A stretch of 64,000 nucleotides of DNA from contig NC_135251.1 of the NCBI RefSeq assembly GCF_964204865.1, forward strand, positions 14,136,001 through 14,200,000, read 5' to 3'. The notes under the pieces are model-generated. The model ran no database searches, was not told the DNA's origin, and saw only the letters and a list, made by a program, of their open reading frames with translations. The translations under genes were made by a program, and so were the position numbers. Origin of the DNA: Styela clava (taxonomy: Eukaryota). Below are positions 1-13,934 of this stretch, in pieces; positions within the stretch are counted from its first letter, which is position 1; the number at the start of each line of letters is the position of its first letter.

Positions 1-3000
1 GAATTCGGTTGTCGTTGAGGATATTTTTTAAAATACCAATAGCTAAACTAGAATAGAAAAAACATTATTCAGTCACAGACAACATCTTTTAACAATACCT
101 TGTTCAATAATTTATAAATAAGATTTCGTTACAATTTCGCAGTTGCACTTGTGTTTTTGTAAATGTTGCGGAATCATTTATTATTCATATTCTGGTTTTT
201 ACTTTAAATGCCCGTTATTTCAATTTCAATTTCTGGTTACTTGTAGAGTATATAGTTAAGTACTTTAACAATTTAGCAGAGTAGAGTTATTAGTTGTATT
301 CAATTTTCTTTTAGCTTTTTGTGAATTTTCATTTTCTTGAAGCATTACTGATTTTAAAATATAAGATTAAAATTGAATTTAAGCTATGCTATTCTCCTTT
401 ACTCCATTACTCACTGATATTACTTTTTAGGTTGTTTCTCAAACCCAACCAAATAAGTAGACCTAGCCAGACATTGTTTATTATTTTATCTGAATTTAGC
501 AATTCTGGAATAGTCTAGAAAAAAAGGATTCCAGATGTTGCATCTGTTTTTGAGATAGAAAATTCCTTTTTCTATTTTGAGTATAGAATGGTTGAATAGT
601 TGAACTCTATTGCTAGCTTTGAATGTTTGGAATTAGTCATTTTTGTCTGGAATTCCCTTTGGACATGTTCTTTGCTACAACAGATGCAAAGAATACCTGT
701 AAGTCTGTAACATATGGTAAATGTAGAAAAATAGGTCAGGATATCAGATTTTTGTGTTTTCATGAATAAAAGATAATTGATACTGAAAAAAGGTACAGAT
801 GTATCAATGTGGCTATTGGTTTATACAAAATCATAATGAGATTTTCAAGGGAAAATTTTGGAATTTTTCGCATCTCCATGATGAAACGTGACCCTTGTTT
901 CTATTTTGGTGTCGGGAATTATAATGAAGTACTTAGTGCTCATACAAGACAAGGTTCTCTTTAGCTTTAGTCATTTATTGCAATACTGCATAACGACATT
1001 TCGAAAATATGGGCTATAACTTAAAAAAAGGAATATAAATAACATATTACAGAGTTACAATCCAATTCATTAATACAGGACCATGAATTTTAGAAGTCGA
1101 TTTAGTTTACTTTGCATTGAGTAATAAAATTATGTCTTTTTAATTAAACTGATTTGTATCTCACAAATAGCGAAATAGGAAACATATACAGTAGGCTATA
1201 GGATTTCATCCAATAACCATAGCTGTCTTGAGTAGAATAAGAAATGTTGACTTGAGGAACATTGCATATTCTACTACCTTATGAATTTTCATTGTTTATT
1301 TGTTTATGTCCTTAAGATTTTTTGCTTTGGTTTTATCTAATGTAGTGCTGATAACTATCCCCAGCATATTGCAATAAATGATAAGAGAATACAACTTAGA
1401 GGTAATAAATGTTTTTGATTGTATAGGACTTATTAAAAAGATGAAATATTATCAAGGGGGTCTTATGAATATGTGATAGAAAGACTTCGCTTACACCGTT
1501 GAGCTCATATTTTCCAAATTGTTTATATATTCTTTGTATGATCAGTATGAAACCATATGTCTCCACCCTATCTGTATATTTTTTTATGTATTGCTAAATG
1601 CTGTGTTTAACGCCTGTGGAAACTAATCTGGCTTTTCAATGCTTTTTACCTAACCTTAGAACACTGATTTCTTCTTATGATACATTAACTAAATGCTTTT
1701 GAGTCGTGCTGTGTTTAGTGTTTGTATTCACCATAAGACTGTTTATTAGGTTTGAATGTTGTTATGAATGTTTTAAGTGATGTGCTTATAGTTGGCCATG
1801 GAGCACAACAACGAAGTGTAGGACTCTTAGGCCTAATAGATTGATAGTTAAATAATAGACATTCGTGGGAAGCCCATAAAATTAATAAGATGAGGAAAAT
1901 GTCGTCACCGGCAACTGTATTATGTGGTATTCGTATCCTTCCATGTTACCTTGTACACAGCATGTTAATTTATGCCAATGAGGCCAAGAGTTTCGATACT
2001 AGTTTCTCCATAATTATCTTTGCTGATGATGGCCAACAGTTTTAAAATTGCTTTAGGGAAAAATTTGAGAATATGTATGAATATATTAGGTCACCAATCG
2101 TCATTTTAATGGCCTGCTCCAATTAGTGCTATTCAAAGTACTCGAGATCAGACAGATGGTCGGTCCTATCCACAACATAAATACGGAAATCATATCCTCG
2201 ATTGTTCAGGTTAACATCGAAGTGATTATCCGCGACCCTTTGCTGGTGACGGGCACTGACTGCGCAGGATTCACATTTGATAATATCACCATCGATTCAA
2301 CCACGATTCCGCTCCAGGAAATTACCACCGACTTGACCCGCACTTTGAAATTTCGACTTCGAATATAATACGATTCATTGTTTTTGTAACGCTTATTATT
2401 CGGGTCGTGTCAATTGACTTTGGATTCACGCATCGGTATATAATTTATTTCCGAAACGCGCCTCACGCCATCGTTGGGAAGCGTCATCGGGTATCACAAT
2501 TCACAAGCAATTAAATTGAATCGAAATTATAAACATCTCTAAGGATTGTCCTCAACATGACATTGAAGTTTCTTTTCGTTGTGTATTAGGCGTTGTCACG
2601 GGCACTTGTACTTTCTGTTCATATTCTAAGATTCCTATTTTGATGAAGGTCATTGCCAACTACTTATTTCTGTTCATACGGAAATTATATACCGTAACTG
2701 TAGAGTCAGGGCAGTGACGTCATATGACGTTTAGTTATTGGATTATAATTAATAATATCTACCGTTATATTAATGTGTAAAATATATACAGTTTCTGAAA
2801 CCATCTATGCTTCAAATATATCCCGTGCTGTGGGTACACGTAAACAGATCACTGATTTCAATTTACCATTGAAATATTCAGTTTATCACTGAATAGCTTT
2901 CAGATGCATTTTCACCTGATTGATGGCGTGACTTTGAAGGACAAAGAAGCAATATTCTAAATTGCTAAAAACCACAATACTAAACAGAACATAACGTATT

Positions 3001-3924
3001 ATGATATGAGTTAATATGACATAATCCGCCATAAATCAACCAAATACAGGCACGGACATATCTGAAGTGTTGTTTGACTTTGAAACTTCTCTTTCTCATG
3101 ATGATATTTCCATTGCCCGAAGGCAAGATTCGGAATGGCAATCATAACTTATGCGTAAGTCGATGCTAAGTTTTCTCTCCGTTCGCTTCAACTTTTTTGA
3201 TACTCAAGCGTATGAAGGAACCGATTTTTGTCAAAGGTTGGCCGTTAAAATCAGAGAGTTTATTAAATTATAACCAATTAATTAACGACCAACCAGATAA
3301 GGAAACTGGACGAGTGATGGTTACACTTGAGAATAAAATTCGCAGAAGGCCTAACAATATTCCACTTATATATTCCATATTGCCTGTTATTGTCAAATGT
3401 CAATATGTGTTCCAGTGTTACTGTCATCCCAATATGAATTATAAGATATAACATTTTGATGTGGTTGAACTGACTTTCGATGTCGTCATTGATAGCTTTT
3501 AAGAAGATACAAAACCCAACGTTCTTTCACAATCAATAGTCCTTGAAATTTCCAATTCAGTGACGATATTTTCAAAACATTGCCGGGGATCGTCACGAAG
3601 CGGCAAGTAGTTTAGCCTACATTAAGCATTTCAATATTCTATGTGTTAGGTAGCGAGTTAACGGTGCATAGGTAATACGACATGGTATGTCAGAAAATCT
3701 GATTAAGTGTTTGGATTAATAGCTGGAGGCAAAAAGTTTTCGAATGTTTAATGAAGCTGTTTTTTTTCTTTGTTCCAATTGCACTAATATCTTCATTTAG
3801 TACAGATAATACTGTGATCCATCATATTATGCAATAGTAACACTTGCATGCGAAATTGGGGAAAAATATTTTATAGTCGTCTCCTCGTCTGACTAATTCA
3901 ACGAGCTACGGGTATATTTCTGCT

Positions 3925-4098
3925 GGTGACCGTACATTTGAACCCATGTGTATATCCGCGGGTTCAATCTATATGCGGGTGCTAAAACCCATGGGTTAGG
4001 GTTAGTATGGGTTCAAATATCCGCAAAACAAAAAAAATTTCATAGGTACAATAGTATGCAAGTGCAATTGTCGTGGGTTCAAATAATGTACGGGAACC
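3925..4098. mobile_element. MITE family M1 (MULE-like, 9-bp TSD) with an internal GGGTTAGGGTTAG motif
   Basis: Imperfect TIRs GGTGACCGTACATTTGAACCC / GGGTTCAAAT..GGAACC; perfect TSD ATTTCTGCT at 3916-3924 and 4099-4107; near-identical copies at 23649 and 61636. Confidence 0.85.
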
Positions 4099-7000
4099 AT
4101 TTCTGCTACATTTAGTCTACTTATTCACCAGATGTCAAAAATAGTAGTCTCTCACTATCGATCAAAGGAAAGTGATTCGTATTTAATGGTTTAGTTATTA
4201 AATAAGTCGATAATGGTTTGGCGACTTTTCAAAGACACTATTGTTCCAAATTTTTATTATTCATTCGATGCGTGATGAAAGATGGGAGTTTTTAATTAAA
4301 TCGCATTCCCGATTTCAATTATTTTACACAACTTGATGTAAAGTAGCCGAATAAAATTAGTTACCTCCATATTGGTACACATACTTCTGGAGCATCGAAA
4401 TTTGTGGTTGAATTGCTCAGATGGCGGTAAAATTAAATTAACTTTTTGAATTTTATTTATTTTCAACCACGGTATCTCATAGGTTACGGAGTAACGTATT
4501 CCGATGTTAAATAATAAAAAGTATATAACATTAATACGTAAATAAAATACTACTCCCACCAAAACATATTTTGTGTTTTTTTCGGTAACAAAGTGTAATT
4601 AATATTCAATTATTGACAACGGTAGCATAAACTATGGTTATTAAAGTAATTCCTCTATTCTGAAGAAAAAAAAATGGAAATATTCAATTATCCTTTGATA
4701 ATTTGATTGAGTTCGGATTATTGTTGATCAAATATTTTTCGACTGATCGCTGGAATTCTCCCATCGTTCTCTACGTTATATTTGTTTAATCAAAAGCTCA
4801 AACAGGAAACATGGGCGAATTAAGGGAAGATGGATAACAGCAACAGATTTCTGATTCCCACTTCCGTTCCGATGTGGGAACGACTGCAAAGGAAATGCCA
4901 CAAACGTTTGTTCGCGCTAATTTTACTTTTTACCGTGAACCACGTAACATTAGCGTTTTAAATTAGATCTGCAATGTGCGATATTCATGACATTGCTTAT
5001 ATGTGTCTTAAGTATATATACTATTTATAGAATGTATAGAGCGGAATTAGTGGATGAGGAATTCATTATATCTGGCAATGGGATTAATATTCAAATAATA
5101 AGGCGAATTTGTGTAAAATTAGAGAATTCATTCTCATATCGCGGTTACGATATCCGACATACCGCATCGTGGAGTATTTTCTTTCACTAAGCAATATCTG
5201 TGTTTTTTTTTTACGTTCCAAAATTTGAATCTCGTACGTAGTAATATTTAGTTTATAACCAATCATGCCTCGTATACTTGGAATAATATCGCTTCTATAG
5301 AATCACAGCGCTTGGAATGAAAATTGGACTTTACATTAACATTGAGTTACGACAAGAAAAAGTTTTATAATACAGTATGTTCACATTTGTTCAATGAAAT
5401 ACGTGGGCTTGTTTTATGCACACGAGTGATCATTACGAGACTGAAAGTTTGATCTAACGTATTATTATTGATATGAATTACCGTATATAATATTATCGTC
5501 CTATCCATAATTGTAACAGACTGGTCTTTTTATGTCTGATCTCGGGCAGATAAGAAGTATTTTTAAACGAAATTGATTAATATTTTGCGACGCATTCCAA
5601 ATTAAATTATCTACACAGCTTGGGAACGACTGCTTTCATCTATTTAATCGTCAGTCTTAATAATATTGGCGGTCTATTGTTGCCGTGAATCATAGCGTGC
5701 TTGGGAAATTTCTGACGTATGGTATTTGTCGCAACTCCTGTGCCTGCAAGCCGTTACCGATGTCGGTGACATTACTTCCCCGGGGCTGTCTTATTGAATA
5801 TTTCATACATATTTATAAACGTCTGGTGTATCCAAATAACTGGTTTGAGAATAACAAGAAATATTTTACAGAAAACGACGGTGGTCTTGAAACTTCGATG
5901 TGTAGATATTTCTAATTTTCGAAAAAATTCATAATATTTGAACCATCTATGTTTTTAGATTTATATCATTTCACCGATTTAACGAAAATAATCCTTCTCC
6001 GCGGACGCTTGTATGTATACTTAACTGGGTTTGTTTATTCTGTGATTTTATATTATTTTATCAGAGGAGCGATCATAGCACCATCGATAGTGAAACATCT
6101 GCCATCTGTGTAGATTGAATTTCTTCGACCGCTTCACTGAAAAAGCTCGATTTCATTTTCGCTGATGTCTCGACAATATTCACTTTGTGTTTGCCGTTGT
6201 CACGGTTTGCAGCTGGCGAACATTCGGTAGATAGACCATGTGAACTATACTCAGAGGGGTGTTGCGTTTTAGACAGATGCGACGTTGAGAAGTCAGTGGT
6301 GTAAGATAAATCAGTATGTTGACATTCTGTGTGTGATGTTTAGATCCCACAGGATATAATATAAGCAATATACCGTTTTTTTATTGCGTAAGTGGTCTTT
6401 TACTTGTCGAACCGTCTTGAACGGTCAAATGAAATGGTTAGCCTCGTGTCGTTATATCATATACCATTAACCCGTTGATTAATCGTATCATGGTTGAGTG
6501 GGCCCCGTAAGACGATTTTTTTCGTACCTCTGTATAAGAGGCATCAGCCCTATTCTAAGTAAACCAGTTAGTCGCGCCTGTGATGACGACCAGACGGTGT
6601 ATTTACAGACGACGGTGTCTTTGAAATCGCGTTATTATCGCACCATTATTGGACTATATTAGTAATAAAATCACACAAGAGGTAAAGTTGTAGATCTACC
6701 GTGATAAAAACGTGGAAATCAGAACTGCGCTTGAAAGCGAAGATCGTAGCATAGGCGCGATTTCTCGTCTTTAACTGGATTTTGTTTAACTCACAATCAA
6801 CGTTTTTATTTTGGATCTTGCTTGTTACCTTCATGATGAACGAATTTAGAAACTTCCTTTTCCGAAAGAATAGTCGACTTGAATAGATCATTTCCGTAGC
6901 TTGAAGCAAACATCAACGCCTTTCCACGTCAGATTCGTCTGATACTTCCCACGAAATGGAACCGAGTGCTATTCTTAGTCATGAAATTTTATTGATCGAC

Positions 7001-9697
7001 AACAGAAGTTTCCAGCAACGATTAATTTTAGACCTCCAAGAAGTGTTTTACTGTAATACAAATAGAATTGCGTTGTACAAAAAAAAATTTCCGATCATTT
7101 AGGATGGCGGTAATTTGTTTGTTAGAAGAAGGTAAGATTTCAGGGATATCTTGTGATTAAACAGAGGCTTCTCGCCTGATTACGAGTTCATGTCAGGCAT
7201 CGACAGCAATCGCTTTCTCCGCGGATGATTTATTCCAGTTCGTTTGAAACACGAAACGTAAAATTCCTGATGAATTGAGGCTATAAATGCGAAAAGGCCG
7301 TTTATTGCTGATGTAGTTCGCTGTGACCCAACGTTATAATTGTGCAAAACATACATAAACTAACATCACGTGAAAAACATTCGGAAACATCTTGTTTTTA
7401 TCGCGAAAATGAAACGGTAGTAAATTCTCTCCGATCTCAGCGAGACGTCGCGTGAGAATTGCTCGATCAGAAAAATGGGTTCCGAGGTCACAATAATTGT
7501 GCCGGCGATAAATGATGACGTAATATTTGTTCTAACGAGCTGACATTATTATCATTTTGTTGAGCACGCATTCAAACGTCTACAATGGGCAATTACTGTA
7601 CTCGGCGTCTGAAGTGTGAGTCATGTAATGTCCATACTACTGGTCATCTGTTTCATTACCAAATTCTGGCTTGATGTAAATGGATATTAATTGTACAGCA
7701 GTTCGGACATTACATTCTTTATATGACAATACTCATAACAAGGATATCTTCTATGAAGAACAATATTTATTTTCTTCAATATAGTCCAGTCAATATCTTT
7801 TCTTCAATATAGGCCAGCTATCGGTTTCAGATGAAACTTGTCTTCCTGTTTAATTATTCTATTCTATGACTCAACTTTGGAATTTCCCTCAATGAAGAAG
7901 TTGATTAGTTTATCAGGAGAACCCACTTCCTATGGGTAATTCCTTGTTTGTTTTACATCTGGGTTGACTGTTTTGAATGAAAACAAAATTATTTTAATTT
8001 TGAATATGAATGAAGAACTTGCGTGTCAGAATATGACTTGTATTATAGTCTGTAGATGTTGGAGTTTTTAATATCGAAACCATCAAGTATAATTATTATA
8101 AATTTCAAAAATAAAAATGAGCAGATTAAGTCAAGTTTTCACAATATATTTTTAACAATGAGTAAAATTTCCTGTGATATAATTACCTTTCTTATTGTTT
8201 TGAATATTAAATTGGGTAGGCAATGCCGAACCGGAAAGATTCTTGTTTCTTTCGCAAATATTAGCTCCTTACATATCATTAGATATCAGTGGCTGCTTGT
8301 AAAGAGCCTTGTTCGATCGAAAGCATGGATAAGCATTGTTTAGAAAACCTAAACCGAAACCTTTCACCTAAAACTTGTGATACTAAAGTGATAAATGCAA
8401 CAATCCATACCTTCAGCTTTAATGTTCATTTCAACTTATTTTGTATAAATTCTTCTATAATTGGGAACCATTTGGCTTTATTACCTACTCAATTAGTCCT
8501 GCTTGAATGAACTTAACTATTCACAGTTCATAGAATAGATAATGACATTCCATATACTGGCATGACTTGTATAAACGTTTCTGCCTCATTGTAATATATT
8601 GTATTCAATATTGCAACATATTTTTTCCAATATAGTTTTTTACTTTTTATTTTCTGCAATGAAGACCCAATATGTAATATTTATTCTAAATAACGACCCA
8701 AGATAGCAGAAGTAAAAGAAATGTTTCACTCATCTCTTTAATATTTGACAGGGTAAACACTGTTTATATTCTCCCTTTTATAGATTTGTTTTTCAGTCTT
8801 GAGATAGATGTTTGTAGAAATGCCCAAATGGGGCCTCTGTTATATTCACCTTTATTCCAACAACAGTCTATGTATAATTATGGATTGGCCATTTATAAAC
8901 TAAAGATAACTAGTATTATTGGTTAATGTTTACCGATGAAACGATGTTTCCAACTTTTTATTAATTGTATTCACTTCAAGTGTTGTCTGACTTTTATCAG
9001 AATTTTTGTGTGCGACAAATGTCTGTTCTTTGTGTACAGTAGTAGTGTACTTATCCGCTCGAGGTTACTCGGCCGATTTCTCTTTTCTTTGTTTTGATTT
9101 CACGACCTACTGCTTATCTATTACTCACCAAGCCAACTTAACGTTACACTTTGTACTAGTATGACATTACTTCAGTCTTCAGTGCAGAGATGTGTGAATA
9201 ATTACACAGTAATTGAAACGTTCAAATTGGTCTTAAATTGTGATAATTTGATGCAATTAGAATGTTTATAGGATAGTATTGGCTTTCACCATTTCACAAA
9301 AATATTATAGTTATGGATAGTGTGACAAGTAGGGTAGCCCATAGAATGTTTTTTGCAGTAGAAGGTTAAATCAGCAACAATTTAAATTTATTGTACCTGT
9401 TGTAAATTCTTAAAGTCATATTGACTTAGTCAGGGTATTTCTAAATGAACTTTTCATTCAAATCTATCCATTTTGATATGGTTAACTGTAATTTGTAAGG
9501 TAAAGTCCTGTATTACATTAGGTAGAAGAACTTTGATGTGCCTCATGCATATATATGCATATAAAGGTGTAAATGAGGTAAAAAAAACGAATAAAATAAA
9601 GATATACTGGAAACTGATTACAAAACTTTTCTCATACCTGATATTAAGCGTATTAGTTACAAAGTAAGTTGGTCAGGTGCGGTTATAGGGATCAATG

Positions 9698-9785
9698 ATT
9701 AGCCAGGTTATAATACTCAGGTATTTCACCATGGGATTGTTTTCATTAGCCAGGTTATTTTATTTTGGTATTTCACCATGGGATC
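9698..9785. repeat. Two-copy ~47-bp tandem duplication
   Basis: ATTAGCCAGGTTAT...GGTATTTCACCATGGGAT occurs twice. Confidence 0.8.
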
Positions 9786-12700
9786 TGTCTCTGGGGCTTG
9801 GACAAAGAATGTTTGTTTTATGAGTGTATATATTTGCATTGGCAAAATATAATCCTGGGAAATCTTATCACTAAATTTAACACCTTATTCCTTCACAGGA
9901 CTCAAAAACAACATAGATAATTCATTCATGCGATGTTCCACTTTATATTTAAACAAATCAATATAAAATTCACTTAGTAATTATCATCCTATGCCCTTGG
10001 TTGATCTTCTGCATAGGACTAGGAATGCTATATTTAATTCTATGTTCAGATATTGATTGAAGGTTACAAAGTATAATGGATTTTATTGATTTTGTGTAGA
10101 GGTGTTTGTCATACCTTCCCAATATGACCATTTAGAAATTTTGTTTTCAGGTTTGCCATATAGGTACACGTACAGATGAGTTATTTTTGAGGTATTGTCT
10201 GCAATTCAATTTTAAGTGGTAGATATTTGATTTCCTTGCGTCTTAAAAATGATCAATTTTTATATTTATCATAACCACATCTGTCTGCTGGGTAATGATA
10301 GAAAAGGATTTATTTGCCAAACAAGTCACAGTTTTCAATTGCAACAATAATGTACCTGTACATGTGATATATGGTAAATATAAAAAAAAATTGAATTTGA
10401 GCTTGTTTGAAATATATTTTTTAATTTTTCATAGCAGTGATTAGGACTATCCAATAAATATTATTTTGCAATATCACAGAATAGTAGAAGTGTTTTTAGC
10501 ATTATTTTATTGTACATTTATTTCTATCTCAAGTAATGTTGTCTCTAGTTGGTTGAAATTAATATTATATATCAGTAGTTATACATGATAAAAAACCAAT
10601 GAGATAAAATGACATTTTGTTAAATGATAAATGCGCCTTGGTCAACCTATGACGAGGTTAAATCACAAGAGCTTGCTTTTATTATGATACATCGCATATT
10701 TGTTGTCATCTTCTGAGTATCATTCATGTTGTTGTTTGGTATCGCTCAAGTGGTTCTGCTGAGTATCATTGAAATTCTGCAATGAACCATTTTATTATGT
10801 TTTGTTCTGAACTGCTGAGTGCTGATTGTTGTTTATTTTAAACCATTATTGTTTAATATAGAGAATTATAAACAGTCTTCTTTGTTTTAGTTTGAGTTTA
10901 AAATTTGCTTTCTTTAGTGATAAGTGTACAATATATATGGATCAATAAATGACCTAATTTGGGACTTATTATTTCGAAAATATCGAATTTTGTATGAATT
11001 TTATAGCAATTTCTATCACTAACAGTTGGGTAGTTTACAATACATTTTAAATTAGCATGGTTAGTCAAGGTGAATAATGAGGAAACTACACTCTAAATTT
11101 GATTGAGATAAAGCATAAAATATCAAACATTTTTGTGCATGGATTCTTCTGTTTTACTTGTGTTTATTTTAGTATATAGAAGGAAAATGGGTAGATGGTG
11201 AAATAGCAAACTAAAAAAGTTATTTGAAATAATGTTGTTGTGATACAGCACAAGGTACTGTAATTCGATATAAGTAGCTGTATCCATGAGTTTCTATCAC
11301 CCGGGGTAAATTTAGAAATTGTTTGTTATCATATATTGACTATTTTTTATTTTAATAACTGCTGTGCTGTCTGCAGGCTGTATTACCCCAATTATTTTTG
11401 TAACAAATTAGGTAAATCTTCAGTAAGATATTGATTTTATCAAATAGCACAGATGTGTATATTCTAGTCATGGTGTGATGCTTGAAAGCATATTTTCATG
11501 TTATTATGTTGAATTCTTCTCTGCCTACAGGATCGAAACCACAGAATTGGCCCTAGGGGCAGTGTTGTATGTTGAAATAATTTATAGTCAGAAATGATTT
11601 ACTGATAATATGTATAACACATGCTAGAGATGCATAAAAATGAGTATCACCTAGAAACAGTGAATGTAGTAACTAAAACTAGTAATCAGGAAAGACTTTT
11701 TTTATGTTCTAGCGAGTATATGCAAATGACGTCAATGTAATCCTTTAGTCACTGTATAATGTAGCTATAAATTACCTTGATTTCTTGTGTTGCCTGTTAC
11801 ACTGGTATGAACATCAATATTATTCAATAATTTCATAGTAGCAAAATATAATTAAATAACTTTTAAATTTGGGCAATAAAAATTGTTGGCAAGTACTGGT
11901 ATTGATCTATTCTGTGGCAAAATGATGGTTTGTGTAAATTTTCACATACAAAATCATGGATGCTTATAACCTGATAGTGTGAACTGTTTGATATTAACAG
12001 AATTCTACGTTTGAATTAATTTTTATTTCAATGTGACTGCTGACTGGTTAAATTTTCCACAGATCAATATAAAGCATGATTTAATTAAATTGAAGTGACA
12101 TGGAAAGATCAGTTACAAGTAATATAATATCAACAAACTATATGTATATATAATATATGGCCAGACAAGATTCATTAGATCCGCTTTTCCAAACTTGAAT
12201 TGTGTGTAACCTTGAAATTAACTGGTATATTGGAATAAGGGGATGCAAAAAATCAGCGTAAAATTATCGTATTCCTATTTCAACAAGAACTTACCGGTAT
12301 TTCATTGTTAAAAAGTCTAGTCGCAATTTGAATACATAAAGCACATTATTATCAGAGGATAGCTTAGTAGGAAGTCACACATATTTGTTTTGTGTGCAGT
12401 CAGTAATTTGCATCTATACTATTGAATTGAAACAATATATAAAATATTATAACACCTGGCATCAAGGCATATGTGTTTTTCTAACTACGGTATGTGGGCA
12501 ATGAAGGTTAGATCATAGATTCTCTCTCTGGACAGTTAGTTGTTGGTCTCTATCAGAAAGTAAAAATTTGGAACTAATAAAAATCCTATACTGTAAATTC
12601 TGCTGTGAATGTCTCTGTCAGAAAGTACAGCGAGGATACGACCCATTTGTATATAATGTATGGAAATAATGTATTAGGTTACAGTAATGTAGTATTTATG

Positions 12701-13934
12701 AAATAAAATTTGAAAAATAAAAATAAATGAGTCGACAAGATATTATACCAAATGGAAATTGTTTAGAGATCATTTAATAAGTTTAAGTCCGATTTTTTCA
12801 GAAACTCAAGAAAATAAATAAAGGCAAGGTATTCTTGAAATGCAATCACTGTCATTGCAGTTTCATTATTCAATGATTATTTCATCATATTGCAGGAAGT
12901 GATCTTGTTATTGCAACAGTTTCGAATTCAGTCATGTTAAGTTGCTTTCGAAATAGAAACCACCATGACCTGATGAATGAGGCCAATTACGGGACAAATT
13001 GTAAATTATGAAATTGCTTTGATTGATCTCAATCCATTTCAATTAATTACTGATTCTGAATCAGCCAATATCGAAATATTCTAAAAAATTTGTATAATAA
13101 ATAAACCTATGATATATGTGTAACTTTTGTTTTTTACTTTGATAGGTTATTGTATTTTACAACTTCCCTAATTATTTTAGATCAACTGTTTGGATGGCCT
13201 GTATCATCCCTGTAGAAAAATGTGCCCATATCATATAGTTAATAATAAGTTGTATATTTAAGAAATGCTTGGAAGTTATGTTTAGTGAAGAAAATGAATG
13301 GTAAGGGGAGTATGAATTGGTTAATCGAGTTACCATTGTATGTATATATACAAATCATTTTCATTTCTGTTTTGTGACTTCAAAATGATTTAATATTATA
13401 CATTGGCAATTGTGGTAGGATATTAACATGAAGTAAAGAGTGTCTAATGACAGCGGAAAGGAATTAAGGAAGTCTAATTTTAATTGCATAAATATTATTG
13501 TAATCAAAGCATATTATGCTATATATTAGGTTGTTTTCCATGTATGGAGGACACTAAACAAATTCACTTTTACTTCTAATAAGGCCATAGAGAAGATGAC
13601 ACCAGGGGTTTTCTGGTTTTGTGTAATGAACAAGTTTATTATAAACTGGGTGAGAATAGCTCATGCACTGGCCAAGGCTTAAGATAATATGTCTGTCATT
13701 TTGGCAGATTTTTGTAAGGCTCGAACTAATTGTAAGAAGATTTTTACTGAAATTGTAGTTTGAGATATGGCAATGAAATCGCAATGCTGGGCAAGGCATG
13801 TTAGACAGAATTGGATCATCGTTCATCGATAAAAACAAAAATATTATATCGAACATGAGAAATATATAATATGATATTAATTAAATTTGTGGTAATCATT
13901 TGTTCATGGAAACCGGATCACCTTATAGTGTGAG

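Noticed and set aside
1-6. Window starts with GAATTC (EcoRI site)
   Set aside because: No vector or adaptor sequence follows; incidental.
6077-6098. TAGCACCATC resembles the 5' end of miR-29
   Set aside because: The remainder does not match and there is no complementary arm to form a precursor hairpin.
13788-13810. Possible p53 site near the SUSD6-like start
   Set aside because: Only one imperfect RRRCWWGYYY half-site, which is expected by chance.
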